Source of the DNA: Vicinamibacterales bacterium
GTDB lineage: Bacteria; Acidobacteriota; Vicinamibacteria; Vicinamibacterales; UBA8438
DNA: 64,000 bases
NCBI GenBank assembly: GCA_965199675.1
Contig: CBDATI010000059.1
Location: 78,291-142,290 of the forward strand
Direction of reading: 5' to 3'
The translations under genes were made by a program, and so were the position numbers. The notes under the pieces are model-generated. The model made no database searches, was not told the DNA's origin, and worked only from the letters and a program-made list of their open reading frames with translations. Below are positions 29,162 to 40,167 of the stretch, piece after piece. Each line of letters starts with the position of its first letter. The stretch's first letter is position 1.

Positions 29162-29785
29162 ATGACCATCAGGAACATCGCCATGACCCTGGGCGTGGCC
29201 GCGGCGACGGCGGCCGGCGCCGCATCGCTGGCCGTCACCGCCCGCGCCCAGTCGGAGCCCGGCGACGGTCCCCGCTACCGCAACGGCAACGAGCTCGTCC
29301 GCCCCGACGACTACCGCGAGTGGATGTTCCTGAGCGCTGGCCTGGGGATGACCTACGAGGCTGAGAGAGTCGGAGAGGCGGGCAGCGGCGCGCGCCCCAT
29401 GCGGTTCCAGAACGTCTTCGTGAACCGCTCGGCCTATGCCGGGTTCGAGGAGACGGGGGCGTGGCCGGACGGGAGCATCTTCATCCTCGAGATCCGGGAG
29501 GCGGCCTCCGAGTCGTCGATCAACGTCGAGGGGAGCTTCCAGAGCCGACTGCTTTCCCTCGAGGCCGAGGTGAAAGACTCGCGCTTCGAGGACGGGTGGG
29601 CGTTCTACGCCTTCGGCCGCGCCGGCTCGATGCCCGACTCCGTCGCGCCCCTGACCGGCGACGCCGTGGCGCGCTGCGTCGAGTGCCACACCGAGCACAC
29701 CGCGGTCGAGCGCACCTTCGTGCAGTTCTATCCGACCCTGCTGGACATCGCGCGCGAGAAGGGGACCCTGAATCCTGGCTTCTAA
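29162..29785 (+). CDS. cytochrome P460 family protein
   Basis: 207 aa with signal peptide MTIRNIAMTLGVAAATAAGAASLAVTARA and a single C-terminal CVECH haem motif. The size and layout are typical of P460. Confidence 0.8.
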   Translation: MTIRNIAMTLGVAAATAAGAASLAVTARAQSEPGDGPRYRNGNELVRPDDYREWMFLSAGLGMTYEAERVGEAGSGARPMRFQNVFVNRSAYAGFEETGAWPDGSIFILEIREAASESSINVEGSFQSRLLSLEAEVKDSRFEDGWAFYAFGRAGSMPDSVAPLTGDAVARCVECHTEHTAVERTFVQFYPTLLDIAREKGTLNPGF

Positions 29786-29960
29786 CGGTTCGTCACGCCG
29801 TCGTCTTCGGACACGGACGTGCGTTTACCGCGCGCTATCGTTGACGAATCACGGCACGCACACAGCGAACATTCGGTCGTGACGGACCACGGGCCGCGAG
29901 GGTCAGGCGGACCGCCTGTGCGGCTGGCGGGATGGGCAAGGGCGGCCGGCGTCGCACGGT

Positions 29961-30557
29961 TCAGCCGAGGCGGCCGAGATGGTCGCTGCACTCGGCCACC
30001 CCGGCCTCGACAGAAGCGGTGCGGTAGAGTTCGCGCGCCCGCCGCCACAGGGTCCGGGCTTCGTCGATCTGACCCTGCTCCTCCTTGAGGATGGCCATCG
30101 GTCGGAGGGCGTTCGCGTGATCGAGCGGGAGCGCCTCTTGCTGTCCGCCATAGAGGGCGAGGGCCTCGGTGTAGCAGGCTTCCGCCGCGGCCAGCCGTCC
30201 CGCCTTCCGGTGCAGGTCGCCGAGGTGCCGCACCGCGTGGGCGAGGGGCAGCGGCAGATCCGCGCCGCGCGCGACCGCCACCGCCTCCTCGTAGCAGGCG
30301 AGGGCGGCATCGTCGCGCCCGGCATTCTCCTCGGCATGACCCAGCTTGCCCAGCGCCGCCGCCAGCTCGCGGGTCGCGCCGGCCGTGCGCAGGAGGCTCA
30401 CGGCCTCGGAGAGATATCCGTGGAACCGGGCGACGGCCCGCTGCCGCTCGGCCGGGGTGTCGGGCGGCGACTGCAGCGCCCGCCAACGGAGCGTCCAGGC
30501 CTTGTCGATCAGCGCCTGCGCCTCGTCGACGGGGGAGCGCGCGTCGGTGTCGTCCAT
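29961..30557 (-). CDS. tetratricopeptide-repeat protein
   Basis: 198 aa with repeated A..Y.EA..L helix pairs (ALACYEEAVAVARG, AEACYTEALALYGG, EARTLWRRARELY). Confidence 0.7.
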   Translation of the reverse strand: MDDTDARSPVDEAQALIDKAWTLRWRALQSPPDTPAERQRAVARFHGYLSEAVSLLRTAGATRELAAALGKLGHAEENAGRDDAALACYEEAVAVARGADLPLPLAHAVRHLGDLHRKAGRLAAAEACYTEALALYGGQQEALPLDHANALRPMAILKEEQGQIDEARTLWRRARELYRTASVEAGVAECSDHLGRLG

Positions 30558-30715
30558 GGGAGGTTCCGCGGCGCAGGGCCGGCTGTCCCGTCGTGGCTCA
30601 ACGGTCGCGCGGCCGTCACGGCAATCGGGACCGACGCCGGCGGACGCAGGTCAGCCGGCGGCCTCGGCGGCGACTCGCAGACCTCGGTAGCATACCGGAA
30701 AGACGGCGGCTGTTC

Positions 30716-31858
30716 ATGACACCCTTCGAGTTCCACCTGCCGACCCGCCTCGTGTTCGGAGCGGGCGCCATCGAGCGGCTCGGGCCCCTGGCCCGGGAGC
30801 TCGGCTTCTCCCGACCGCTGCTCGTCACCGACCGCGGGCTCCGCGACGCCGGTCACGTCGAGCGGGCGCTCGGGCAACTGCGCGCCGCCGGGGTCGAGGC
30901 CGCCGTCTTCGATGCGTGCGAGGCGAACCCCGACGGCGCGATGGTCGATCGGGGGGTCGAGTTCGCCGCCGCGCGCCGCCCCGACGGGGTCATCGGGCTG
31001 GGCGGGGGCAGCCCTCTCGACTGCGCCAAGGGCATCAACCTGCTGCTCACCAACGGGGGGGCGATCGCCGACTACAAGGGCTACGGGCTCGCCCGGAAGC
31101 CGCTGCTCCCGATGATTGCGGCGCCCACCACCGCCGGCACCGGCTCCGAGGCCCAGAGCTACGCGGTCATCGCCGACACCGCGACGCACATGAAGATGGC
31201 GTGCGGCGATCCGAAGCTCGCCTTCGCGGCTGCGATCCTCGATCCCGAGCTGACGGTGTCGCAGCCGGCCGCGGTCACCGCCGCCGCGGGCTTCGACGCT
31301 CTCGCCCACGCGGTGGAGACCGCGGTCACCACGCGTCGCACTCCGATCTCGATGTTGTTCTCGCACGCCGCGTTCCGGCTGCTCGACCCCCACTACGACC
31401 GGGTGCTGGCCGATCCGGAGGACATCGAGGCGCGCGCGGCCATGCAGCTCGGAGCGTTCTACGCCGGCGTGGCCATCGAGCACTCGATGCTCGGGGCTGC
31501 CCACGCCTGCGCCAACCCCCTGACAGCGCGCTACGCGCTGACCCACGGGGTGGCCCTGGCGATCCTGCTGCCGCACGTCGTGCGGTGGAACGCGGAGGGA
31601 GACGGCGGCCTCTACGACGACGTCGCGAGCGGGTTGCCGGCCGCATCGCATGGCGGCCCGGCGGGAGAGCGGCTGGCCCGCCGCCTCGTCGATGTCGGCC
31701 GCTCCGGAGGGTTTCCTCCGGATCTGCGAACCGCCGGGGTGTTGGCGGACGACCTGCCGGCCCTGGCCGAGGCGGCGGCGGGGCAGTGGACGGGCACGTT
31801 CAACCCGAGACCCTTCGGCGTCCGCGAGGCCCTCTCCCTGTACCAGCGAGCCTTCTGA
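30716..31858 (+). CDS. iron-containing (group III) alcohol dehydrogenase
   Basis: MTPFEFHLPTRLVFGAGAIERLG..LLVTD..GLGGGSPLDCAKG..TTAGTGSE..HA.. are motifs characteristic of Fe-ADH. Confidence 0.88.
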   Translation: MTPFEFHLPTRLVFGAGAIERLGPLARELGFSRPLLVTDRGLRDAGHVERALGQLRAAGVEAAVFDACEANPDGAMVDRGVEFAAARRPDGVIGLGGGSPLDCAKGINLLLTNGGAIADYKGYGLARKPLLPMIAAPTTAGTGSEAQSYAVIADTATHMKMACGDPKLAFAAAILDPELTVSQPAAVTAAAGFDALAHAVETAVTTRRTPISMLFSHAAFRLLDPHYDRVLADPEDIEARAAMQLGAFYAGVAIEHSMLGAAHACANPLTARYALTHGVALAILLPHVVRWNAEGDGGLYDDVASGLPAASHGGPAGERLARRLVDVGRSGGFPPDLRTAGVLADDLPALAEAAAGQWTGTFNPRPFGVREALSLYQRAF

Positions 31859-31887
31859 TCGTTTCCGGCCCGAGGTTCAACACGACG

Positions 31888-32256
31888 ATGTCGATAGCCC
31901 ACCTTCGCGTCTACACCATCAACAAGGGGCAGATGGAAAGCTGGCTCGATCTGTTCCACGGCCACATCGCGCCTCTGCTCCGCGCGCACGACATCACGGT
32001 CGAGAGCGCCTGGGTGAACGATGCCCGCACGCAGTTCATCTGGGTGCGGAGCTACGGCGAGACAGACGCCGATCTCGAACGGAAGGAGGCGGCGTTCTAC
32101 GGCTCGGACTGGTGGCGGGCGAACGTCGACCGCGTGCGCAGCCATCTGGCTCACCGTGAGATCACGGTTGTCCGGTCGGCGGCGGCCGCGTCGGCGGCAG
32201 CGGGGACGACACCCTCCGGCGATGCGGATTCTCCACGTCGCGGATCGGCTGAGTGA
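31888..32256 (+). CDS. NIPSNAP-like small protein
   Basis: MSIAHLRVYTINKGQMESWLDLFHGHIAPLLRAHDITVESAWVN.. is a ferredoxin-like NIPSNAP pattern. The tail overlaps the next gene. Confidence 0.6.
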   Translation: MSIAHLRVYTINKGQMESWLDLFHGHIAPLLRAHDITVESAWVNDARTQFIWVRSYGETDADLERKEAAFYGSDWWRANVDRVRSHLAHREITVVRSAAAASAAAGTTPSGDADSPRRGSAE

Positions 32257-33304
32257 CCGCGGGGGCGCCGACCTGGCCCTGCTCGGTCTTGTCGACGCCC
32301 TGTCACGCAGGCACGAGCAATACCTCGCAGTGGGCCGCGACGACGGCGCGGTGTGCGCGCCGTGTCCGGTGACCGTCGTCCCGAACCTCGACGCCAGGCT
32401 GCGGGCGGACGCCGATCTCGATCCCCTGCTGATGCGGCGGCGCCCCGACCTGGTGCACGTGCACAACGTGGTCAACCCCGCGGTGTTGGCGTGGGCGGCC
32501 GGCGTGAACGCGGTGGTGACCATCCAGGACCACCGCTTCTTCTGCCCGGGACGTGGCAAGTGGGCGTCCGACGGCCGGGTCTGCGGCGACGCGATGGGTC
32601 GCGAGGTATGCGCCGGCTGTTTCGAGGACCGGGCGTACTTCGAGAACACGCTGGCGCTGACCGCGCAGCGGCTGGAATCGGTGAGCCGCCTGCGGCTGAC
32701 GGTGCTGTCGGCGTACATGGAACGGGAGCTGATCCAGGCGGGGATTCCCGCGGAGCAGGTCACGGTCGTACCCCCCGTCGCCTACGGTCTCGACCCGCAT
32801 GCGCGGGCCGACGGTCCTCCCTGCGTCCTCTTCGCGGGGCGCGTGGTCGAGGCCAAGGGCATCCGCGACGCCGTCGACGCCTGGCGGCGCTCGGGGGTTG
32901 AGCTGCCGTTCGTCGTGGCGGGCACCGGCCCGTTGCGTCGTCAGATCGAGGCGGAAGGCGTCGAGGTGCTGGGGTGGCTCGACCGCCGTCGCCTCTCCGC
33001 CGCCTACCGGCGCGCCGCGGTGCTCGTCATGCCGTCGCGCTGGCAGGAGCCGTTCGGCATCGTCGGGCTGGAGGCTCTGACCCTCGGCGCGCCGGTGGCC
33101 GCGTGGGACAGCGGCGGCGTGAGCGAGTGGCACCCGGGCGGCGAGCTGCTCGTGCCCTGGGGTGATGTCGACGGGCTGGCCAGGGCCTTGCGCGTCGGGC
33201 CGCGGCGTCGGGCCGAACCTCCTCGCGGGTTCGAGCCGGGCGTTCTGCTCCGAAGGCTGGAAGCCGTGTACGGCGCGCGCGCTTCCGAATCCGCGGCAGA
33301 GTGA
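32222..33304 (+). CDS. glycosyltransferase family 4 (GT-B)
   Basis: MRILHVADRLSDRGGADL.. with a C-terminal PSRWQEPFGIVGLEALTLGAPVAAWDSGG (E-x7-E region). Confidence 0.85.
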   Translation: MRILHVADRLSDRGGADLALLGLVDALSRRHEQYLAVGRDDGAVCAPCPVTVVPNLDARLRADADLDPLLMRRRPDLVHVHNVVNPAVLAWAAGVNAVVTIQDHRFFCPGRGKWASDGRVCGDAMGREVCAGCFEDRAYFENTLALTAQRLESVSRLRLTVLSAYMERELIQAGIPAEQVTVVPPVAYGLDPHARADGPPCVLFAGRVVEAKGIRDAVDAWRRSGVELPFVVAGTGPLRRQIEAEGVEVLGWLDRRRLSAAYRRAAVLVMPSRWQEPFGIVGLEALTLGAPVAAWDSGGVSEWHPGGELLVPWGDVDGLARALRVGPRRRAEPPRGFEPGVLLRRLEAVYGARASESAAE

Positions 33305-33572
33305 TGTTCTCCGGCGGACGTCCAGGTGTTGCCGGGTCCGCGCTACGGGGGCGTTCCCGGGCTGGCACGAGTCTCGTGTGCAGGGTTGCGTGATCGGTGT
33401 CGGCCGGGCGCGAGCCAAGCCATGAGCGGCGCGGAATCGGCGGGCGCCTTCGCGAGCGGCGGATCGGGGGCATCGTCCGCCGCGTTCGGTCGGATTCGTC
33501 GCAGGTCGTCGGCGAAGGTCGGTTGAGCAGCAGTCCCGCGCCGTTCCTGGGGCGCAGACTCGCCGCGCCGGG

Positions 33573-34766
33573 TCAGCTCTCGTCGACGACGTCGAGGTAC
33601 TTCAACGCGCCGCCGGTGTTGAGCAGGACCACCTCGTGGCCGCGGGCGACGACGCCGTCGCGGACGAGCTGCCGCAGGGCGGCGACGGTGGCTCCGCCCT
33701 CCGGGGCGGCGCCGATGCCCTCGCGCCGACCGAGGTCGAGCATGCCCTCGACCATGTCTTGGTCGGACACGGCGACGGCGGTCCCGCCGCTCTCGCGGAG
33801 CGCGCGAAGGACGAGGACGTCCCCCACCGCGGCGGGGACTCGCAGTCCGTCGGCAACCGTCGCCGCTCCCTCCCACGGATCGGCGGTGTCGGCCCCGGCG
33901 TGGAAGGCGCGCACCATCGGCGCGCAACCCTCGGCCTGCACCGTCACCAGCCGCGGACGCGGGCCCTTCACCCAACCGAGCTGCTCGAGCTCCTCGCACG
34001 CCTTCCAGATGCCGACGATGCCGGTACCGCCCCCGGTCGGGTAGACGATCCAGTCCGGCCAGCGCCACCCGAGCTGTTCGGCGATCTCGTAGCCCATGGT
34101 CTTCTTGCCCTCGGCCCGGTACGGCTCCTTCAGCGTGGAGACGTCGTACCAGCCGAGGCGGCGTCCCTCGTCGGCGGCGATGCGGCCGGCGTCGGTGATG
34201 AGGCCGTCCACCAGGGTGACCGTGGCCCCGTGAACGCGGCACTCGCGGATGAACGGCGTCTTCACGTCGCGGGGCATGAAGACGCGGGCCTCGATGCCCG
34301 CGTTGGCGGCGTAGGCGGCGAGCGCGCAGGCCGCGTTACCGGCCGACGGCACCGAGAGGGTGGCCGCTCCCAGGGCGTGGGCCCTCGTGACCGCGGCGGA
34401 CATGCCGCGCGCCTTGAAGGAGTTGGTCGGGTTGAGCGCCTCGTCCTTGACCAGGAGCCGGTCGAGTCCCAGCTCGGCGCCGAGGGCGGGCGCGGAGAAG
34501 AGGGGAGTCCAGCCCTCGCCCAGCGTCACGGGGCGGTCGCCGTCGGCGAGCGGAAGCGCCGGCGCGTACCGCCACATGGACGGGACGGCGTCGCGCAGGG
34601 ACTCGCGGGGCCACGTGGGCGCGATGCGCGCCCAGTCGTAGCGCGCCAGCAGCGGCCGACCGCAGCGGCACAGGTGCTGCCGGCGAGCCGGGTCGAACGG
34701 TCCCGCGCCGCACGAGACGGAACACTCGAGGTGGAAGCGGGTCGACATCGTCGCGCCCGCCGTCAC
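33573..34766 (-). CDS. thrC: threonine synthase (PLP-dependent)
   Basis: It has an N-terminal Cys-rich region and the motifs NPTNSFKARG (PLP lysine) and PTGGGTGIVG. The start overlaps the frr stop as ATGA. Confidence 0.88.
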   Translation of the reverse strand: MTAGATMSTRFHLECSVSCGAGPFDPARRQHLCRCGRPLLARYDWARIAPTWPRESLRDAVPSMWRYAPALPLADGDRPVTLGEGWTPLFSAPALGAELGLDRLLVKDEALNPTNSFKARGMSAAVTRAHALGAATLSVPSAGNAACALAAYAANAGIEARVFMPRDVKTPFIRECRVHGATVTLVDGLITDAGRIAADEGRRLGWYDVSTLKEPYRAEGKKTMGYEIAEQLGWRWPDWIVYPTGGGTGIVGIWKACEELEQLGWVKGPRPRLVTVQAEGCAPMVRAFHAGADTADPWEGAATVADGLRVPAAVGDVLVLRALRESGGTAVAVSDQDMVEGMLDLGRREGIGAAPEGGATVAALRQLVRDGVVARGHEVVLLNTGGALKYLDVVDES

Positions 34767-35332
34767 CGGTCGAGGAGCTCGGCGTCCTTGGCCTTCAGCA
34801 GATCGTCGATCTGCGCGATGTGCTCGTCGGTGACCTTCTGCACGTCGTCGAGGGCCCGCCGCTCGTCGTCCTCGGAGATCTCGTGGTTCTTGAAGAGCTT
34901 CTTCAGGGCGTCGTTGACGTGCCGGCGCACGCCGCGCACCCCGTTGCGACCCTCTTCGGCGAGGGCGTGCACGATGCGCGAGAGCTCCTTCCGCCGGTCG
35001 TCGTTCAGGGGGGGGATGGGCAGCCTGATGATCTTGCCGTCGTTGGCGGGGTTCAGCCCGAGATTGGCGCGCTGGATGGCCCGCTCGATGGCGCCAATCT
35101 GGCTGGGGTCGAAGGGGTGCACGACGATGAGGGTCGGTTCCGGCACCGACAGGGTGGCGACCTGGTTCAGGGGCATCTGCGTGCCGTAGGTCTCGACCCG
35201 GACCGAGTCGAGAATGCCCACCGAAGCGCGACCCGTGCGCACCCCCGCCAGCTCGTGCCGCACGTGGGCGACCTGTCCCTGCATGCCGGCCCGGGCCTCG
35301 GCCATGGCGCTCTTTCCGTCGGTGACGTTCAT
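34763..35332 (-). CDS. frr: ribosome recycling factor
   Basis: 189 aa with ..LDSVRVETYGTQMPLNQVATLSVPEPTLIVV.PFD...IERAI..ANLGLNP..DG..IRLPIPPL.. Confidence 0.95.
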   Translation of the reverse strand: MNVTDGKSAMAEARAGMQGQVAHVRHELAGVRTGRASVGILDSVRVETYGTQMPLNQVATLSVPEPTLIVVHPFDPSQIGAIERAIQRANLGLNPANDGKIIRLPIPPLNDDRRKELSRIVHALAEEGRNGVRGVRRHVNDALKKLFKNHEISEDDERRALDDVQKVTDEHIAQIDDLLKAKDAELLDR

Positions 35333-35381
35333 CGCGACCCTCGTCCTTTCTGTGCTCGACCCGCGCCGGGGTCGATGCCGT

Positions 35382-36098
35382 TCAGGTGCTGACCACGGAT
35401 CCGACCGGTTCTCCCAGCACCGCCCGCCGCACGTTGCCGGGGGTCTTCAGGTTGAACACCACGATGGGCAGCTTGTTGTCCATGCACAGCGAGATGGCCG
35501 TGGTGTCCATGACGTTCAGGCGCCGCTCCAGCACTTCGTGATGCGAGAGCGAGTCCAGCCGCGTCGCGGAGGGGTCGACGGCCGGGTCGGCCGTGAAGAC
35601 GCCGTCCACCTTCGTGGCCTTCATGATCACGTCGGCCCGCACCTCCATGGCCCGAAGCGCCGCCGCGGTGTCGGTGGTGAAGTACGGGTTGCCGGTGCCG
35701 GCCCCGAACAGCACCACCCGCCCCTTCTCGAGGTGCCGCATGGCGCGCCGCCGGATGAACGGTTCGGCGACGGTGCGCATCTCGATGGCGGTGAGCACGC
35801 GGGTGGCGGCGCCATTGCGCTCGAGGGCGTCTGAGAGGGCGAGGGAGTTCATCACCGTCGCCAGCATGCCCATGTTGTCGGCGGTGGTGCGATCCATGCC
35901 CCCGGCGCTCGCGGCGAGGCCCCGGAAGATGTTGCCGCCGCCGATGACGATCGCGACCTCGACCCCGAGCCGCTGCACGTCCACCACCTCGCGGGCGATC
36001 TGATCGGCGACGGGTGGATCGATGCCGTAAGAACGATCGCCAAGGAGCGCCTCGCCGGACAGCTTGAGGAGGACGCGCCGATAGGCGGGGGCAGGCAT
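35382..36098 (-). CDS. pyrH: UMP kinase
   Basis: [13 protein letters not shown].. and [19 protein letters not shown] on the minus strand (36110-36115) lies 11 nt upstream of the ATG. Confidence 0.95.
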   Translation of the reverse strand: MPAPAYRRVLLKLSGEALLGDRSYGIDPPVADQIAREVVDVQRLGVEVAIVIGGGNIFRGLAASAGGMDRTTADNMGMLATVMNSLALSDALERNGAATRVLTAIEMRTVAEPFIRRRAMRHLEKGRVVLFGAGTGNPYFTTDTAAALRAMEVRADVIMKATKVDGVFTADPAVDPSATRLDSLSHHEVLERRLNVMDTTAISLCMDNKLPIVVFNLKTPGNVRRAVLGEPVGSVVST

Positions 36099-36154
36099 CG
36101 AGTGACGGGATTATAGCCGAGCCGCAGCCGTGAGCGGTCGCGGGCGTCGCGGGC

Positions 36155-36757
36155 TCAGTCTGCGGTCTCCCCGATCTTGAACCGTGCGAACCGTACGACG
36201 TTGATGTTCTCGCCCATCTTGGCGATGGCCGCCGTCACCAGGCTGCCGATCGAGGTCTTGGGGTCGCGGATGGAGGGTTGATCGAGCAGCACCACCTGCT
36301 GGTAGTAGCTGTTCATCTTGCCTTCGACGATCTTGTCGATGACCTGCGCCGGCTTGTTCGAGCCCTCGAACTGCGCGCGGAAGATCGCCTTCTCCCGCTC
36401 GACTTCCTCGCTCGGGACCTGGTCGCGGTTGACGTACAGCGGGTTCGCGGCCGCGATGTGCATGGCCACCTCGCGGGTCAGTTGCTGGAATTCGTCGGTC
36501 CGGGCCACGAAGTCGGACTCGCAGCCGACCTCCACCAGCACGCCGACCTGCCCGCCCATGTGGATGTAGCTGCCGACGAGACCCTGGCTCGTGCTTCGGC
36601 CCGAGCGCTTGGCTGCGCGCGCCTGACCGCGCGTCCGCAGGATGGTGATCGCCTTGTCGAGGTCGCCCCCGGCCTCGGTGAGGGCGGCCTTGCAGTCCAT
36701 GAATCCGGCTCCCGTCTTGTCCCGGAGCTCCTTGACCTGTGCGGCGGAAATAGCCAT
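36155..36757 (-). CDS. tsf: elongation factor Ts (short ~200-aa form)
   Basis: The internal ATG of ORF 36155..37204 gives MAISAAQVKELRDKTGAGFMDCKAALTEAGGDLDKAI..L. Confidence 0.93.
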   Translation of the reverse strand: MAISAAQVKELRDKTGAGFMDCKAALTEAGGDLDKAITILRTRGQARAAKRSGRSTSQGLVGSYIHMGGQVGVLVEVGCESDFVARTDEFQQLTREVAMHIAAANPLYVNRDQVPSEEVEREKAIFRAQFEGSNKPAQVIDKIVEGKMNSYYQQVVLLDQPSIRDPKTSIGSLVTAAIAKMGENINVVRFARFKIGETAD

Positions 36758-37064
36758 TCTCAATCTACCTCTCGCGATGGGTGGAACCGGCCGCCCCGGT
36801 GGGTGCATGTCGGAGCGTCGGACGGCGGCGCCATCCGGCGTCCGCGCGGTTCCCGCGCCGTTTCCCGCCTGCGGGTCCCCCGCCGTGGCGGGATGCCTGT
36901 TCTCTCGGGGCCTCCTGCGCGTTCCCTGTGTCTGCGTGACGTGAAGGGGGTCGTTCGGTACGGGTGTCGACGCCTGTCCTCGCGTGGCCGGCGTCATCCC
37001 GTCGCGAGTGCGGCGGCGGGAGGCCGCCGGCAGCGAAGAGCGCCCGGAATCTCCCGCTGCGGAC

Positions 37065-37853
37065 TCAGGCGGAAGCCGGAGACGCCGCGGGCGCCGGGGC
37101 GTCCGCCGCAGGGGACGGGGTGGCGCCGGTGGCCGACGATGAGGCGGTCGGCGCGTTCTGCGACGACTCTCGCCGGTCGCGGCCGGCGAGTGCGGCGTCG
37201 GCAATCCGGGTCAGGAAGAGCCGGATCGACCGCAGCGCATCGTCGTTCCCGGGAATGACATAGTCGACGTCGTCCGGGTTGCAGTTGGTGTCGACGATGC
37301 CGATGACCGGAATCTTCAGCTTGCGCGCCTCGTCGACGGCGATCTTCTCTTTTCGGGTGTCCACCACGAACACGGCGTCCGGCAGCTTGGACATGTGGCG
37401 GATGCCGTCCAGGTTCTTGTGCAGTTTCCGCTTCTCCTTCTCGATGCGGGCGATTTCCTTCTTCGAGAAGGTGTCGTAGCGGCCGTCCTCGGCCATCGCC
37501 TCCATGTCGCGAAGGCGCGCGATGCTGCGCTGGATGGTCACGAAGTTCGTCAGCAGGCCGCCCAGCCAACGCTGGTTGACGAAAAACATGCCGCAGCGTC
37601 TGGCTTCCTCGACGACGAGGTCCTGCGCCTGGCGCTTGGTGCCGACGAACAGCACCGTCTTGCCCTCGGCCGCGAGGTCGCGAACGAACGCCTCCGCCCT
37701 CGCGAACAGCTCCGCCGTGCGGCTCAGGTCGATGATGTAGATGCCGTTGCGGGCTCCGAAGATGTACGGCTTCATCTTCGGGTTCCAGCGCTTGGTCTGG
37801 TGGCCGAAGTGCACGCCTGCCTCGAGCAGGTCCTTGATGGCGATCGACGTCAA
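37065..37853 (-). CDS. rpsB: 30S ribosomal protein S2 (with Ala/Pro-rich C-terminal tail)
   Basis: [34 protein letters not shown]. Confidence 0.95.
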   Translation of the reverse strand: MTSIAIKDLLEAGVHFGHQTKRWNPKMKPYIFGARNGIYIIDLSRTAELFARAEAFVRDLAAEGKTVLFVGTKRQAQDLVVEEARRCGMFFVNQRWLGGLLTNFVTIQRSIARLRDMEAMAEDGRYDTFSKKEIARIEKEKRKLHKNLDGIRHMSKLPDAVFVVDTRKEKIAVDEARKLKIPVIGIVDTNCNPDDVDYVIPGNDDALRSIRLFLTRIADAALAGRDRRESSQNAPTASSSATGATPSPAADAPAPAASPASA

Positions 37854-37962
37854 GCTTCTTCCATCCCCTCTGCGGAACGCGGGTGACCGGCCCTGCCGGT
37901 CCGTGCCGTATCCCGCCTGCTCACAACGGATTGACCGGGGCTGGCCGGCCGCCGCGACGGGC

Positions 37963-38355
37963 TCAGCGCTTGCTGAACTGGAACCGCTTGCGGGCTCCCG
38001 CCAGACCGTACTTCTTGCGTTCCTTGATCCGGGCGTCGCGGGTCAGCATGCCGGCCTTCTTCAGCACCGGCCGCAAGTCGCCGTCGAAGGCGACGAGGGC
38101 TCGCGCGATGCCGAGCCTGAGGGCATCCGCCTGACCGGTGACGCCGCCGCCCTTCGCCGTCGCGAGAATGTCCACCTTGTCGGCGGCCTCCGCCACCTGC
38201 AGGGGGGCGGTGATGCGCATCCGCACCGCCTCCGACGGGAAACGCTTCTCCAGCGAGGTGCCGCGGATGATCAGATCACCCGAGCCGGGTTTCAGAAAAA
38301 CGCGCGCCGTCGAAGACTTGCGCCGTCCGGTTCCGTAGAAAGTCGTCGCCGCCAC
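37963..38355 (-). CDS. rpsI: 30S ribosomal protein S9
   Basis: 130 aa ending ..[18 protein letters not shown]. Confidence 0.95.
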   Translation of the reverse strand: MAATTFYGTGRRKSSTARVFLKPGSGDLIIRGTSLEKRFPSEAVRMRITAPLQVAEAADKVDILATAKGGGVTGQADALRLGIARALVAFDGDLRPVLKKAGMLTRDARIKERKKYGLAGARKRFQFSKR

Positions 38356-38356
38356 G

Positions 38357-38788
38357 TCAGGACACCTCGAATCGAACGGGTTGCTGAGCCGCGTGCGGAT
38401 GGTCGGGCCCTGCGTAGACCTTCAGCTTGCGGTGCATGTGCTTGCCCAGGCTGGTCTTGGGCAGCATGCCCCGCACCGCTTCCTCGACCATCCGGGCCGG
38501 CATGCGCTGCCGCATCGTCTTGGCCCTCGTCTCCCGCAGGCCGCCCTCGAAACCGCTGTGGCGGCGGTAGAGCTTCTGTTCTTCCTTCGCCCCGCTCAGC
38601 TTGACCTGCCGTGCGTTCGTGATGATCACGAAGTCGCCGGTGTCGAGGAACGGCGCGTATTGTGGCTTGTGCTTGCCCTGAAGCAGCTTCGCGGCGACCG
38701 TCGCCACACGGCCGAGCACCTGCTCGCCCGCGTCGATGACGTGCCATCGCCGCTCGATGCTCGAGGCCGACGGTACATACGTGGACAT
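38357..38788 (-). CDS. rplM: 50S ribosomal protein L13
   Basis: The internal ATG gives MSTYVPSASSIERRWHVIDAGEQVLGRVATVAAKLLQGKHKP.Y.P..D.GD. Confidence 0.95.
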   Translation of the reverse strand: MSTYVPSASSIERRWHVIDAGEQVLGRVATVAAKLLQGKHKPQYAPFLDTGDFVIITNARQVKLSGAKEEQKLYRRHSGFEGGLRETRAKTMRQRMPARMVEEAVRGMLPKTSLGKHMHRKLKVYAGPDHPHAAQQPVRFEVS

Positions 38789-39108
38789 CTGCACTCCAGC
38801 GGCCACCGAGGCCGCATACGCAAACCAAAAGGCTACGCGCAAATCGACCGTGGTGTCAAGAATTGCCGCCTGTCGGGCGGGGGCGATGGCGGATTTCGCA
38901 GCGCCCGACCGTCCGGGAGGCCGCGCGGCGCCGTGCCGGCGGGTTGCGAGGGCGCCGGCGCGGGTGGACCGCGAATTGCATTGGGATTGGGCGGGGGGCG
39001 CGACTCCCGTCGAGCCAAATGTGGGTGGCCGGCGCCGCCCCCCGTGACAGGAGCACCACGCCGTCGGCGGGAACCGCGGCGGAAAGACGCCGCACGAGGA
39101 GCACGCAC

Positions 39109-40167
39109 ATGATCTTTCGCCGCAGGGAATCGGTGGTCGGACTCGACATCGGCTCGGACTCGATCAAGGCGGTCACGCTGCGCAGGACGTCGCAGGGCCG
39201 CGAAGTGGCCGCGATCGGGCGTGAGCCGATTCCGCGCGGGAGCATCGTCGGGGGGGAGATCGCCGACCCGGAGGCGGTGGCCGAGGCCGTCCGAAACACC
39301 CTGGACCGGCGCGGGAGCGGGACGAGGCGGGTGGCGGCCGCCGTCGCCGGCAACGCGGTCATCGTCAAGCGGGTCACCCTGCCCCTGATGGACGAGGACG
39401 ATCTCGCCGGTTCGATCCGTGCAGAGGCCGAGCGCTACATCCCGTTCGACACGAACGACGTCAATCTCGACTACCAGGTCCTGCAGGCGGGCAGCGACGC
39501 TGCGAACGGCGCCTCGATGGACGTGCTGCTGGTGGCCGCCAAGAAGGACAAGGTCGCTGAGTGCGCCGGCGTCATCTCGCGGGCCGATGGGGTGCCGGTG
39601 GTGATTGACGTCGCGGCGTTCGCCCTGCAGAACGCCTTCGAGCTCAACTACGGCGTCGACCCGGGGCGGGTCACGATGCTCGTCAACGCGGAAGCCGTCG
39701 GCCTGAACATCAACATCGTCGAAGGCGGGCAGACGCTGCTGACCCGCGACATCTCTCAGGGAGGTCTTGCCGAGGTCCTGCCGTCGGAGCCGACTCCCTC
39801 GTTCGCCGACGCCGCGCCCTTCGAAGAAGGGTGGGCCCGGGACGAGGCCGGCACGGAGGACGCCGACTCCGTCGCGGGGGCCGTCGGCGAGCACCTCTTG
39901 CAGGAGATTGACAAGACCTTGGGCTTCTTCAGGTCCGCGACCCCCGCGGGGCGCGTCGATGAGCTGCTGGTGAGCGGCGGGTCGGCGGGAGCCGCCGGCT
40001 TTCTGCCGGCGCTCGAGGTGCGCCTCGACGTACCTGTCTCGCTCTTCGATCCGTTCCGCCGGGTGCGCTGCGACCCGGGCGTACGGGGAGAGGACTGCCG
40101 GCCGGAGTCCGACGCCGCCTTCGCGGTCGCCGTCGGCCTCGCCCTGCGCCGCGGGGACGACCGATGA
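39109..40167 (+). CDS. pilM: type IV pilus assembly ATPase-like protein PilM
   Basis: The internal ATG gives MIFRRRESVVGLDIGSDSIKAVTL.. (actin-like fold). It is followed by overlapping pilN. Confidence 0.88.
   Translation: MIFRRRESVVGLDIGSDSIKAVTLRRTSQGREVAAIGREPIPRGSIVGGEIADPEAVAEAVRNTLDRRGSGTRRVAAAVAGNAVIVKRVTLPLMDEDDLAGSIRAEAERYIPFDTNDVNLDYQVLQAGSDAANGASMDVLLVAAKKDKVAECAGVISRADGVPVVIDVAAFALQNAFELNYGVDPGRVTMLVNAEAVGLNINIVEGGQTLLTRDISQGGLAEVLPSEPTPSFADAAPFEEGWARDEAGTEDADSVAGAVGEHLLQEIDKTLGFFRSATPAGRVDELLVSGGSAGAAGFLPALEVRLDVPVSLFDPFRRVRCDPGVRGEDCRPESDAAFAVAVGLALRRGDDR

Noticed and set aside
36758-37064. 307-bp rpsB-tsf spacer as a possible ncRNA or attenuator
   Set aside because: I could not identify a conserved structure or ORF. 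Part of the length is explained by the Ala/Pro-rich tail of S2 and GC-rich filler.
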